This document shows positions 29,401 through 42,699 of a stretch of DNA of 64,000 bases, piece after piece. Within the stretch, counting starts at the first letter, position 1; each line of letters begins with the position of its first letter. Source of the stretch: Octopus sinensis. Lineage: Eukaryota. The stretch is taken from contig NC_043004.1 in the NCBI RefSeq assembly GCF_006345805.1, positions 45,694,001 through 45,758,000 on the forward strand. The letters run 5' to 3'. The notes beneath the pieces were generated by a model that had not been told where the DNA came from, searched no databases, and was given only the letters and a program-made list of their open reading frames with translations. Both the position numbers and the translations under genes were made by a program.

Positions 29401-29739
29401 CGTGCTCTGAACGTTACAATTCGTAAACGGAACTGGTGAAATATGTAAAGCTTTTCTAAGATTTGACACGTGACCGTCGTTCGTAGTTGTCATCGCAATT
29501 GCGGCAAAATAACGGATCAACGAGGCAAATGTGAACTCGCAACACTGATATTCGAGCTACAGGAAGCAGTAATCGAATCGAGCTCAAGTCACAACGTCTA
29601 AAGGAGAAAAACATTGGATATAATAAATTTGAAAAAAATCAAACAGAAAAAAAAGACAATGGGATGATGATGCAGGCCAAAACTATTGTAGACGTTGCTT
29701 CAATCAGTATTGACCCATCGATAAGTAACATGATCATCA

Positions 29740-30600
29740 ACATCGTCATCGTTGTCACCATCAACCTCCACCTCATCACTAACTACCACCGTTAATCTTC
29801 GTCCTTGTCGGTTTCGATGTTGTCAACGATGTCACCAACCCACCAACGCTGCTGCCACCACCAGCACCAGCAGCAGCACCCCCACCACGGCACCGCCAGC
29901 ATCAACAGCAGCACCACTACCACCACCACCACCACCACACACCGCCAGCATCAACAGCAGCAGCAGCACCACCACAACCACCACCACAACACCGCCAGCA
30001 TCAACAGCAGGACAACCACCACCACAGCACCGCCAGCATCAACAGCAGCAGCAGTGGAGGCGCAATGGCCCAATGGTTAGGGCAGCGGACTCACGGTCGG
30101 AGGATCGCGGTTTCGATTCCCAGACCGGGCGTTGTGTGTGTTTATTGAACGAAACACCTAAAGCTCCACGAGGCTCCGGCAGGGTGGTGGTGGCGACCCC
30201 TGTTGTACTCTTTCGCTCCAACTTTCTCTCACTCTCTTTCTTCTTGTTTCTTGTCCCCGACTTCCTACGCAACCGCTGATCCTGGATGCGCATTCATCCA
30301 TCCGTCGATGCTCTCGGTGTCGGGGGTTGACCTGCTTTCTCTTCTGCAGGTTTTACGAATAGCAAAGGACCACGTTTCGGACTTCTCCCATCTTGGGAGC
30401 TCTGGGACGAAGACCGTTCGCTCAACAACAACAACAACAACAACATCAGCATCAACAGCAGTAGCAGCACCAGTATCACCACCACCACCACCGCAACAAC
30501 AACAACCACCACCACCACCACCACCATCATCGTCATCAGCATCATCATCATCATCATCATCATCGTCATCAACAACAGCAACAACAACAACAAAGATATC
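29740..30600. repeat. CAC/CAG/CAA low-complexity tract hosting a SINE
   Basis: Includes 4 copies of an accgccagcatcaacagcag motif (~29892, 29941, 29991, 30029). Confidence 0.9.
30054..30446 (+). mobile_element. SINE type E with a (CAA)n tail
   Basis: Colinear with 72-427; TSD cagcatcaacagcag(c/t)agca at 30034-30053 and 30447-30466 (19/20). Confidence 0.9.
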
Positions 30601-30820
30601 ATCAACGTGTATGTATTTGTGTTTACAAGCTCCAACCAACAAGCAAATGGCGATACTTTATAAGGTGTTAATCGATAAACAACATCCATTGAAATACACT
30701 TAGTCTTGTTCTATTCAGATTTCAAGTTAAACCCCAGTATTAAGCTACGAATGATTAAGTCATTTGTCACTGTTACTTATTCTTATATCGTCGAGTGAAA
30801 CCTATCCTTAAGTGAACCTA

Positions 30821-32083
30821 CGAGGGGCGTTCAATAAGTAATGCCCCTGACCCACTTCCCATAGCAGTAGAGCAACGTCACTTGGCATAGTTATTAGTCT
30901 TTTCCTACATAGGAACTACCCAGAGTTATGCATTTCTCCCATCGTTTGATACAGCTTTGGAGACCGTTTTTGTAGAAGACCCCAGCTTGGTCCTCCAACC
31001 ACGACGTGACTTCAGAAATCAAGGCTGCATCATCTGGGAAACGCTTTCCTTTCAAAATCAACTTCATGGCTGGGAAGAGGTGAAAATCAGAGGGTGCAAG
31101 GGGAGGAGTTCATAGCTGCACGCCTGTGCATCTGATCTGGCGACACGCGAGTTGTGGACGGGAGCGTTGTCCTGCAGGAGGAGGATGCCTTTGCTGATCT
31201 TGCCCCGCCTCTTGATTTTGATAGCTTCTCTTAATTTCCTCAAAAGTGAAGCATAATAGGCTCCTGTGATTGTGGTACCCTTTGCCAGGAAATCTGTCAT
31301 CACTACTCCGTCTTGGTCCCAGAAGACTGTGAGCATAACCTTGTCAGCGGAGGGCTGTACCCTTGCCTTCTTTGGAGGAGGTGAGTCACGGTGCTTTCAC
31401 AGCATTGATTGGGCTTTGGTCTATGGATCATAGTGATGGACCCAGGTTTTATCCTGTGAGATCAGTCTTTTGAAAAGTTTTGACTCATCTTCTTGGCACA
31501 TCTCCAAATTCATCCTCGAGCACTCAACGCGTTCTTGCTTCTGGAAAGGTGTGAGCAACCTGGAAATCCATCTGGCAGACACCTTTTGCATATGCAAATG
31601 GTCATTAATGATAGTTTCCACAGACCCGGTACTAATCTTGACCTCATAGGCTATTTGGCGAATAGTTATGCGTTGACCTTCCAAAATGGCAGCCTCAACT
31701 TGACGGACAGACGTCTCATCAACGGCAGAAGGGGGCGACCAGATCTGGGAGCTGTTTCCACAGAGTTCCGACCATGTTTGAATTCACAATGCAGGCGTTT
31801 TACAAGGTCATATGATGGGGCATCATCACCATAAGTTACTTTCATTTCATCAAAAGTCTCCCGTGATGTGCGTCCTTTCAAATACAAAAACCAGATCACT
31901 GCTCGACACTCAACAGGCTCCATTTCACACTTGACTCAGTTCAAACACCTGTAAATCAGAAACCACAATTAGTTCAGAGCTGTGATTCGCCACTTAATCT
32001 ATAGAGGTATCAATAAGTGCAAATTTCAGCCAGATCAAACAAATGCAAGTGGGTCAGGGGCATTACTTATTGAACGCCCCTCG
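30821..32083 (-). mobile_element. Full-length mariner (irritans/Hsmar2-like) with a pseudogenised transposase
   Basis: Perfect 37-bp TIRs cgaggggcgttcaataagtaatgcccctgacccactt; TA TSDs; MEPVECRAVI.., SARWISRLL, SQDKTWVHHYDP, QDNAPVH in three frames. Confidence 0.95.
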
Positions 32084-32421
32084 TACGACCAAGAATCTTT
32101 CAGTCATGACCAACTTGTCGTTTCTTGAACATAACCACATTGTTTAACATATTCCTCTTTGCTACAACGTAAAGAGTTTATTAGGTGGCATTTGGCTGGT
32201 GTTTCTTGCAGGTTGTGCAGCCGTATTGTGCGTGGTATCTTGCTTAAATAACTGAAACTGATGTTTATCAAGCGTTGTTATGGTGATTTATGGTTATCTA
32301 TAGTTTTCATGTTCCCACGCTATCAAATAATACTACACATACATTCACTCCCATACACACACATATATATATTTACATGCATATATATATGTACACACGC
32401 ATACATGCATACATGCCTTGC

Positions 32422-32460
<39 letters not shown>

Positions 32461-32645
32461 ATATATATATATACGTATATATACATATAATATAAATGCA
32501 TACATATAATATGTATGTATGTTTATATATATATATATATATATATAAGTATATATATGTGTTGTGTGTGCGTGTATACTTGCAGATAATTATAAGTACA
32601 AACGCATACATCCCATGCGTCTCTCCTTTCTCATACACTATATAT

Positions 32646-32814
<169 letters not shown>

Positions 32815-33739
32815 GTCTATATGCATGTATCTGTCTATCAAAACTATCTATATGCATATAAATACATAAACATACACACGCACATAAAAACCCACACACG
32901 CAGGCACACTCATATATCATGTCTCGCTGATACATTCGGTAAGAAATGAGTTTGTTTAAGTGCGCACATGACTTTTACAATTATTTTTCTCACTGTCTGA
33001 AATGAAACAAATGAAAAATGAGTTATTGATTTTTTTTTTGAAAAAAAGATATTATTTAATAACTCTTTGAATTCACTTGATAAAATTTACACAATATCCT
33101 ACTGCACATCAATTCAACCAACTGACACGACCCGGCTATATTACTGGGATTGTCGTGTGAAAAACATTAAAAAAGAAAAACGTTGAACAGATTTGGTGTT
33201 ACACGGCAGACATGTTTGAGTTTCACATGTTCCCTTTTCTTTTCTCTAAAATATGATATTTGTGTCTACTCCAAATGCAATATTATTTCTAGTTGTTTAT
33301 ATAGCCCACAACTTAGTATTAGCAACCCTATGATAGCTGGTGTTCAAACTCTCCCCTCAAACTCCTTGTGTTTTTCCCCCAGCAACACAGTGTGTCAAGG
33401 ATTACATTATTCTCAATCAGATTTCGTTCTGCAGAGAATAAAATGTGATAGGAGGATGTCTTAGCGTATACTTGTAACAGATTAACCAAACCACACAGTG
33501 GACAAGTTCCAGCTTCTGTCCACAGTTGTGCTATCCCTTCTCAGTCCCTAAGGAACACACTTCAGTCTCAAGGGCCACAGACGCGCTGTTTCTATCCGCT
33601 GTCACTAAGAGGCACTTTCCAATCACTTGCTTACATTTGTCATGCCTTCTTTGTCATTCACTAAATAATAGGGTCTAGCCTCTGAATTACTGGTCTTCAT
33701 TCTACTGTATTTGTCTCACTATAATGCACTCTGTTCAAT

Positions 33740-33960
33740 GAAGCTGACTCTACCATTTAGGAAACACTCAAACCACTTGTATTTCCACCATTTGTCATTC
33801 TTGGTGCACCAATCCCCCACTTCCTGGCCCCACCCTAACCATTATGGATCTTCCTTTCCTCTAGAACTTCGATCATCTGGCGTTTACTCCTCGCCGATTC
33901 CTTTGCTGCAGATTTTGATCAACAACAATTTCAGTATATTAGCGGCATCAAGCTCAGTGG
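33740..33960 (-). mobile_element. Possible decayed RTE-type endonuclease fragment
   Basis: ARSKRQMIEVLEERKIH loosely resembles the N-terminus of RTE APE domains. Confidence 0.25.
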
Positions 33961-34205
33961 TTTCTGAGCATCAGCAAAAGGCATAAACAACGTCCTTGCC
34001 TCGAGATTCATTTAGTATTAAAGGAGATAGTGGACACATATTCAGCTGGCAACTCGGTATTGAAATTATTGACAAAAGATGACATCGATTTAAATGCTTT
34101 GTGACAATTATATATCACCAAGGTAGACTTAGCCTTTCATGTCTCCACAATCAGATCAATAAGGTGAACAGTAGATCGTATATATATATATTTATACATA
34201 TATAT

Positions 34206-34321
<116 letters not shown>

Positions 34322-34873
34322 CGGGGATGAGGTAATAGTTTACACCTAGCCTCTAAAAGTTGTGGCCTCGTGCCAGTATGAAAAATAATTGATATACAGG
34401 GGTTAGTTTTGTGTCTAAAAGTCAATATTGATTTATTTTGCATTAAAAAAAAGTATTCAATTCAATTGAAAAACAAATCAATAATATTCATTGTCATTGT
34501 AGTTACAAAGATAATATCATTGTAACCTAAGCTACTCCATTGATTCAAACACAATATTTAATTTTTTTTAAAAAATAAATAAAATATCATAAAACATGAT
34601 AATGCGATAACAAAAACAGCGATTATACAAAATAACAGAAAAGTAGCATACAATAACATATAATGTTACACAAACAATAATATTTTCAATAGTAAAATAA
34701 ATAAATAAATAAATTTAAAATACAGTAAAAAATGAAAATATGATTGAGTACAATAATATATATCTCTTAGTAGACAGAGATTACAATAGGTAAAGATGAT
34801 AACAATAGGAATACACGGGAGGACGAAACATATTTCTACACATTTCAATGTAAGACAACACTGAGTCCTGCTT

Positions 34874-36483
34874 TGTGAAAGTATTAGTAAAAAGACAGAG
34901 AAGAAACTATTTTCTCGTGACCCCACAGTCTTGAATAGGTCTTCTAGTATTGTACCAGATGACAACGGGGCAAGTTGAATAGCTTCTATGTGGTCAACCA
35001 CATGCTAGAAATAGCTACACAAGCCCTCCTTCTCTGTGAAAGTATTAGTAAAAAGACGGAGAAGAAACTATTTTCTCATGACCCCACAGTCTTGAATACG
35101 TCTTCTAGTATTGTACCAGATGAGAGTGGGGCAAGTTGAATAGCTTCTATGTGGTCAACCACATGCTAGAAATAGCTACACAAGCCCTCCCTCTCTGTGA
35201 AAGTATTAGTAAAAAGACGGAGAAGAAACTATTTTCTCGTGACCCCACAGTCTTGAATAGGTCTTCTAGTATTGTACCAGATGACAACGGGGCAAGTTGA
35301 ATAGCTTCTATGTGGTCAACCACATGCTAGAAATAGCTACACAAGACCTCCCTCTCTGTGAAAGTATTAGTGAAAAGACAGAGAAGAAACTATTTTCTCC
35401 TGACCCCACAGTCTTGAATACGTCTTCTAGTATTGTACCAGATGACAACGGGGCAAGTTGAATAGCTTCTATGTGGTCAACCACATGCTAGAAATAGCTA
35501 CACAAGCCCTCCCTCTCTGTGAAAGTATTAGTAAAAAGACAGAGAAGAAACTATTTTCTCATGACCCCACGGTCTTGAATACGTCTTCTAGTATTGTACC
35601 AGATGACAACGGGACAAGTCGAATAGCTTCTATGTGATCAAGCACATGCTAGAAATAGATACACAAGCCCTCCCTCTCTGTGAAAGTATTAGTAAAAAGA
35701 CAGAGAAGAAACTATTTTCTCATGACCCCACGGTCTTGAATACGTCTTCTAGTATTGTACCAGATGACAACGGGACAAGTCGAATAGCTTCTATGTGGTC
35801 AAGCACATGCTAGAAATAGCTACATAAGCCCTCCCTCTCTGTGAAAGTATTAGTAAAAAGACAGAGAAGAAACTATTTTCTCATTACCCTACAGTCTTGA
35901 ATATGTCTTCTAGTATTGTACCAGATGACAACGGGGCAAGTTGAATCGCTTCTATGTGGTCAAGCACATGCTAGAAATAGCTATACAAGCTCTCCCTCTC
36001 TGTGAAAGTATTAGTAAAAAGAGAGAGAAGAAACTATTTTCTCGTGACCCCACAGTCTTGAATACGTCTTCTAGTATTGTACCAGATGAGAACGGGGCAA
36101 GTTGAATCGCTTCTATGTGGTCAACCACATGCTAGAAATAGCTACACAAGCCCTCCCTCTCTGTGAAAGTATTAGTAAAAAGAGAGAGAAGAAACTATTT
36201 TCTCGTGACCCTACAGTCTTGAATACGTCTTCTAGTATTGTACCAGATGACAACGGGGCAAGTTGAATCGCTTCTATGTGGGCAACCACATGATAGAAAT
36301 AGCTACACAAGCCCTCCCTCTCTGTGAAAGTATTAGTAAAAAGACAGAGAAGAAACTACTTTCTCATGACCCTACAGTCTTGAATACGTCTTCTAGTATT
36401 GTACCAGATGACAACGGAGCAAGTTGAATAGCTTCTATGTGGTCAACCACATGCTAGAAATAGCTACATAAGCTCTATCTCTC
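34874..36483. repeat. Tandem array of 10 x 161 bp
   Basis: tgtgaaagtattagt recurs at 34874, 35035, 35196, 35357, 35518, 35679, 35840, 36001, 36162, 36323. Confidence 0.97.
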
Positions 36484-37057
36484 TCTCACACACACACTCT
36501 CTCTCTCGATCGAATTTTATCGTACGTGCCTTATAGAAGGATGAGTCGGATAATCACAAATGGATTGTTTTTGATGGGAAATTTTGACTAATCAATCGGG
36601 GGATTTACTCACAGGTAAACATCAACTACAACAGCAACAAAAAGCAAATGGCAGCCGATTTTATAAGGGACACTTTAAGAAGGCGTTCGAGCAGCCAGAC
36701 ATTGCAACCAAACCTCCACTCAAATCAAACCTTATCTTAAAATCAGAACGATATAAGTAGACGAGTGAACATACGATGGTATGACCATAACTGGAATGTT
36801 ATAATTTTGTTCGAACAGGACTGATCTGAATTTAAACAACAAAGACAACAACAACACCAGCAACAACAACAAAAAATCTGGGAAGATAATAAGTTTTGAT
36901 GATATGTCTATTGTCTAAGATCAAAATTAGACAGCTTTCATTGTTTGTTGATGTTGATTAGTCAAAAGTAAACCATGATTGAGAAAAACCATTATACAAG
37001 GCGTATAATGTATGAGACTCTCATCTTTATTCAGATATACTGTATATCTATGGATAT

Positions 37058-37274
37058 ACTCTTACTCTTTTACTCTTTTACTTGTTTCAGTCATTTGACT
37101 GCGGCCATGCTGGAGCACCGCCTTTAGTCGAGCAAATCGACCCCGGGACTTATTCTTTGTAAGCCCAGTACTTATTCTATTGGTCTCTTTTGCCGAACCG
37201 CTAAGTGAAGGGGACGTAAACACACCAGCATAGGTTGTCAAGCAATGACAAACACAGACACACAAAAAACACAC

Positions 37275-37344
<70 letters not shown>

Positions 37345-37496
37345 GACAGGCTTCTTTCAGTTTCCGTCTACCAAATCCACTCACAAGGCATTGGTCGGCC
37401 CGGGCCTATAGCAGAAGACACTTGCCTAAGATCCCACGCAGTGGGACTGAACTCGGATCCATGTGGTTGGTTAGCAAGCTACTTACCACACAGCCA
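37058..37496 (-). mobile_element. SINE type B, full length
   Basis: Reverse complement has head, core, internal (TA)(TG) tract and gagtaaaagagtaa tail. Confidence 0.9.
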
Positions 37497-37899
37497 GAAT
37501 CTAAATATTTTGTTTTTGTTATTTTAAGCAAATAGGGTGTGCTATAAAAGAGATTTAACATTTATTTCTAGGAGATAGCGCGAGCAATGGGAAAGAAAAG
37601 GACAATGGATGACTTAGTAGTATGAAGGACCAGCTGAAATCCTTTTACGACTTGCTAAAGTCATCATCCATTTAATCTGAAGCCAAGTTAGCAACTAAAC
37701 ATAGTCCTTAGAGCGTTGACTAGAATGTTTTACGACATTTCTTCCGGTCCTCTGTTCTCCTAGCTCAACGTCCACTAAGTTACCACTGTCTCTTATTCTT
37801 ACGGGGGTCGATGAATAAAGTAAATACAGCACTAGGACCGATAATTGCTTTCTTGCTTACTTGCCTGCTTTCTCTCTGTTTTTATCTCACTGGGCAATT

Positions 37900-38780
37900 G
37901 AAGCCCAGCTTTCCTTTGTATCGTATCACACTCATTTTGTAAGAGAATTATCTTCCTGTCTGTGAAATATTCATTTAAGACGTATGACTTAAAATTAATT
38001 CAGTCAATGAGCTGAATGACATTGGTCGAAACTGACAACAAGCCACTCGATGACGAGAGGCTGTTGCCGTATCAACCTGTAATGTCGTAAAGTTAAAGCA
38101 AAATAAGAGGTTTCTCGTTAATTTTTTTCCGTCAAGACATAATTTTGCAGTACGCCGGAAATAAATTATCTAACTCGTTACCAACTTTTTCTTCACCACC
38201 AATTACCCTCATAATTAGAGGTACGGTGATAGAAAGCAGGTACTTCGATTTTCATCCAGTAAACAAAGTTAGTGCCTATGCTGCTGGCTGTTTTATAACT
38301 GGTGTACATGTATTGTCTTAGCATGTACCATCCACGTGTTTCGTATTCGCCATCAGAGAATATATATTCGCCAACAGATATGAATGAAGCAAAGAACTTG
38401 CAATGTTTTACAGGCATGACATTATCTTCCTCTGCACTGTTATTCTGAGTTGTAAAATAAGGCAATTTTATTATGAGAGTCTTATTGTATTAACGGTGTC
38501 GTTTAAAGGGTCTTATCTTAACAATAATGGCGTTTTTCGGAGGCGAAGACGATAATTATTGTAAAATCTTGACAATAATTCAGTTATATGCCCGAAGGAG
38601 ACTTCTACTGTAATACTTTAGAGAAATAGATAAGTAATAGTTAGTCGGTTCCATAATCAATTATGTGGTTGAATAATTTTATAAGCAAGTATTTGACTAA
38701 GGTAAAGAGAAAGTGAGGTGGAAATTTATTCACTAAGCCGCGCCTCTGGTAACATTTGAACACAGAAATGCAAGCTGGCT
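37900..38780 (-). pseudogene. Putative LRR/hinge exon relic, paralogue of 43.3-43.7 kb
   Basis: Follows a ttttttAG acceptor (38779-80); ACISVFKCYQ; SFGHITELL; FSSLTELI (hinge-like). Confidence 0.4.
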
Positions 38781-39099
38781 AAAAAATACTTTCCGTTATA
38801 CAGAGCTTGAAAGAGACTCAAACTGCAAACTATTTCCACTCTTATTAATACAAAACGAAATATGGGAAAAAGCATTATAGCGTACGATATGTTACTATAG
38901 TGTACACTATAGAGTACAATATGTTACTTCTTGTTTCTTGTGTCCAGAATCATGGATTAAGAAAGGAGAAGAACGGTTCAATGGAACCCATTACTTTATT
39001 ATCTACTCTCGTTTCTTTTGACAGTGAGAACGGTTAAATAAGACTCTTATCGTTCGACCATAGCCTCATGGCCACATAAATTGTCAAAACCCGACTGGG

Positions 39100-39900
39100 A
39101 TATATTAAATATTTAGCAAACAGTTGGCAAACATGGCATGCTTGATTTTTATTTCAAGAAAAGCTCCCACTGATGTAATAAACAAGGAGATATTTATCCC
39201 CCATCGATCTAACGTTTCGTTAGCCAATGTTGAGTCTGCTTAAACAGTCTACATACTCAGGAAAGAGTATAAGTTTCTGTTTACTAATAATTAGTACTAT
39301 CATAAAACGGGTTTTAGTCGATTGCAGAGATAGAATATTAATGACGAATATTGATTATATTGATTACATCGGTATCATTTGTTAATTTCAACTATACTAT
39401 TTGAATTTAGAATCTCAATTTAGAATTATAAAGCCTCCGTATAGTTGCTCGACTTATTACAGATATCAGACAAGCTTTACTCAAGTCAAAATATTATTAT
39501 AAAAAAGGAAGGATACACTGGATAATGTAATAGTAGATAAAATAGCTGAAGAAAAAAATAAGATGGTAGATCTTATGTTGGTCCGCCTTTCGATACAGAT
39601 CTTTACAATCTCGACAAAAATAAGGCAAAGCGACGTAAAAAACACCATCATACCTATATCCATGGCTGTCAACACCATAAAACGTTTAGTCTAACGACGT
39701 GATATTGCAGTCAATACCATCATTCCAGGAAGTTCATTATCGATTTCTATTAAATAAGCAAGGGTATAGGTATAATTAATTTAATTTTGTTATCATTTTA
39801 TCGATCTGGAAAAAGTGAAATAAATGTCGACCTTTGCAGGATGCGAATTCACAGTATCGAGGAATGAAACTGAAGTCTCAAAGACATTTACTATGGTGAT
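39100..39900 (-). pseudogene. Putative hinge + 7TM relic (LGR-like)
   Basis: In order: PRYCEFASCKG, WNDGIDCNITS, FFTSLCLIFVEIVKICIE, LYGGFIILN, RFMIVLIIS..FP. Confidence 0.45.
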
Positions 39901-40469
39901 CTATGGTCTCTGACGTCAGCTCCATCTCATCAACCTCTTAAAGCAATAACGTTAATTGAAAAACTACGAAAATATCAATTATATTAATTGCAAAAATATT
40001 AATTATATTAATTACTCTTAAATACGTAGATACTAATTCACTAAACGCTAAAGCAACTAAGATTTGTAAACTTTCAATTTTATTTTATATTCATATAAGG
40101 ATGATAAATGTGTGTTTATTTATTTATTGATTTGTTTTTCTTTCATCATTCCTTTTTATCAGAGAAACATTTTGTATGTTCAAAGAAACTTTAATCCAAA
40201 AATATGAACTTAATACCACTTCATTGCATATTTCTAATTTTAATTAATTGGGACTTAAATGCATCAGGCCATTTCAAGCAGAATAATTTTTCTGGTTTTG
40301 AATGGTCGCCCTTGAAATTTGTACTCTTATTCAGTACAGCACAGCCATTAATGTCTGTTGACACTTTCAGAATGTGCGACGAGTGGTTAATGAGGCTTCA
40401 CTGTGTAGTTAAGACAATTCACTTCATGATGAATCAAATAAAAAAAAAGTGAAAAGAATAAACTACATT

Positions 40470-40610
40470 GGCGCGTGCGTGGCTGTGCGATGAGAAGCTT
40501 GCTTCCTATTTCAACGTGGAACCTTAGGCAAGTGTCTTCTACTGTAGTCTTGGACCGACTAAAGTCTTGTGAGCGGATTTGGTAGACGGAAACTGAAAGA
40601 AGCTCATCGC

Positions 40611-40657
<47 letters not shown>

Positions 40658-40707
40658 AGCCCGAAACATATGTACCGCAAAATCCTTTGCGTCCTGTTTT
40701 TCTTTTG

Positions 40708-40755
<48 letters not shown>

Positions 40756-41043
40756 GATATATATGTGTGTGTATGCATATATATGTGTATATATTTATGT
40801 GTCTTTGTATGATTATGTATATCGCAGTGTGTGTGTCTTTGTTTCTGTGATTCTCACCCTATCATCGCTTGACAAACGGTGTGGTATGATTACGTCCCCA
40901 TAACTTGGTGGTCCGGCAATAGAGACCGATATAATAAGTACTCAACCTAAAAAAATAAGTCCTAAGGTCCATTTGTTCGACTAAAAGCCTTCAAGGAGAT
41001 GCTCCAGCATGGCTACAGTCGAATAACTGAAACAATAAAAGAA
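40470..41043 (+). mobile_element. SINE type B with an expanded internal microsatellite region
   Basis: Head gcgtggctgtgcgatgagaagcttgcttcc; tail ctccagcatggctacagtc..gaaacaataaaagaa. Confidence 0.85.
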
Positions 41044-41213
41044 TTTTTAAAATACATTGCCACACGATAAAAGGCGCCGAGTGATCCGGAAATCAAATCC
41101 ATAACCATACGATCATCAGTCAAGAAGCCTGTTAGGCCAGGATAATTTTGATTAATTAAAGTTATTGTCCTCACCATACATTAAGCATTATTATAATTCT
41201 AGCTGATGAATTA

Positions 41214-42500
41214 TTGGGTCATCCCATAAATAATGTGGTTTTCTCAGTTGCATGAACTAAAAGTCGGAGGGAGACGGGATAGATTACCTGCATCAACTTG
41301 CTTTAAAAGCAGGTAGTAGTTTTACCTTGTGTTTCTTCTTAGGGCAAGTTTTGAACACTGCAGTTCGATTAAAATAGTTATTTTTTCAAAGTTAAAATGG
41401 AAGTGACGAAAGAGCGTATTCGGCATAATTTGCTTTATGAGTTCAATAAAAGCAACAACGCAACGGAAAGTGCGAGGAATATTATTGCAGTATATGGGGA
41501 TCGGACAAGATCGTAAGCCAGTGTCAACGGTAGTTCCAGAAATTCCGGGCCGGAAAACACAGCCTTGAAGATGAACCTCATCCTGGAAAGTCTGTAGAGA
41601 TCAATGAGGATGTCCTGCAAACCCTGGTGGAACAAAATACCATGGTAATTGTTGAGGAACTAGCAGAGAAGCTTGGATTTGGTCATTCAACCTTTCATCG
41701 ACACTTGCGGGTCATCGGAAAAGTCAACAAATTGGTTCAATGGGTTCTTCACAAACTTTCCGAGTCTAATCGCGCGCAGAAAGTGAATGTGTGTTTTTCT
41801 TTGCTGGCACGTCTCACGAATGAACCTTTTTGGGGAGACGAATAGTGACTGGTGACGAGAAATGGGTTCCCTATAAAAATGTCAAGAAGCGAAAGTAGTG
41901 GGTAGGGAAAGGATAAGGAAAGGAAAAACACTGGCACCTCAGGCTAAAGAATGTCTTCACCCACGTAAGGTATTGTTATCTGTTTGATAGGATATGAAAG
42001 GTTTAGTCCACTTTGAATATTTAAACCCATTCCAAGCGATAACAAAGGAGATCTACTGCAAGAAGCTACTGCTAGAAGAAAAACGACCATCTTTGGTTTC
42101 AAGACAAAAGGTGTTCTACCATCAGGCTAATGCTCGGTCACATACAGAGAAGATGATATTACTAAAGGCTGGAGCAGTTTGAATGGGAACCAATGCCCCA
42201 CACACCATATTCGTTGGACATTGCCCCATCTGATTATCATTTATTCGAAGACTTCGAAATCATTTGGTTGGAAAAAATATGTACTCTGCAGACGCGGTCA
42301 GAACAGTACTTGAGGAGTATTTTTCGTCATGGACAAATGAATTTTGGAAGAGGGGCGCTGCAAGTCGACCAGATAAGTTCAAAAGAATTATAGAAAGTAG
42401 AGGAGAGAAGAGTATATTTTAGATTATAAAGAACTTTGTTTATCTTCATTTTGAAAAATAAAAGTATTAAAAAAACTGCATTATTTATGGGATGACCAAA
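41214..42500 (+). mobile_element. Full-length decayed mariner
   Basis: TIRs ttgggtcatcccataaataatg; TA TSDs at 41212-13 and 42501-02; ATG 41397 MEVTKERIRH; VTGDEKW; HTPYSLDIAPSDYHLF. Confidence 0.95.
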
Positions 42501-42699
42501 TATATTTATTTAGGGTAAGTCTTAAGGATAATCTATTGGATAACACCTTAATTTCTGATATAAATGAAGTGAACGAATGCGTTTTCTTTGGTTATATTCG
42601 CTATTTTATCAAATAAAGTTGGTGGATTCAGATTGAGAACATATATGATCAAAGCATTTTAACAGTGCAGATTTAGATTATTTTATTGAATGTAACATT

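Noticed and set aside
29752-30703. Long T/P/Q/S-rich ORFs on both strands
   Set aside because: CAC/CAG/CAA low complexity plus a SINE; the same frames recur in the SINE copy at 72-427
34874-36483. CRISPR-like or coding interpretation of the array
   Set aside because: No unique spacers (whole units repeat), eukaryotic context, and a unit length not divisible by 3
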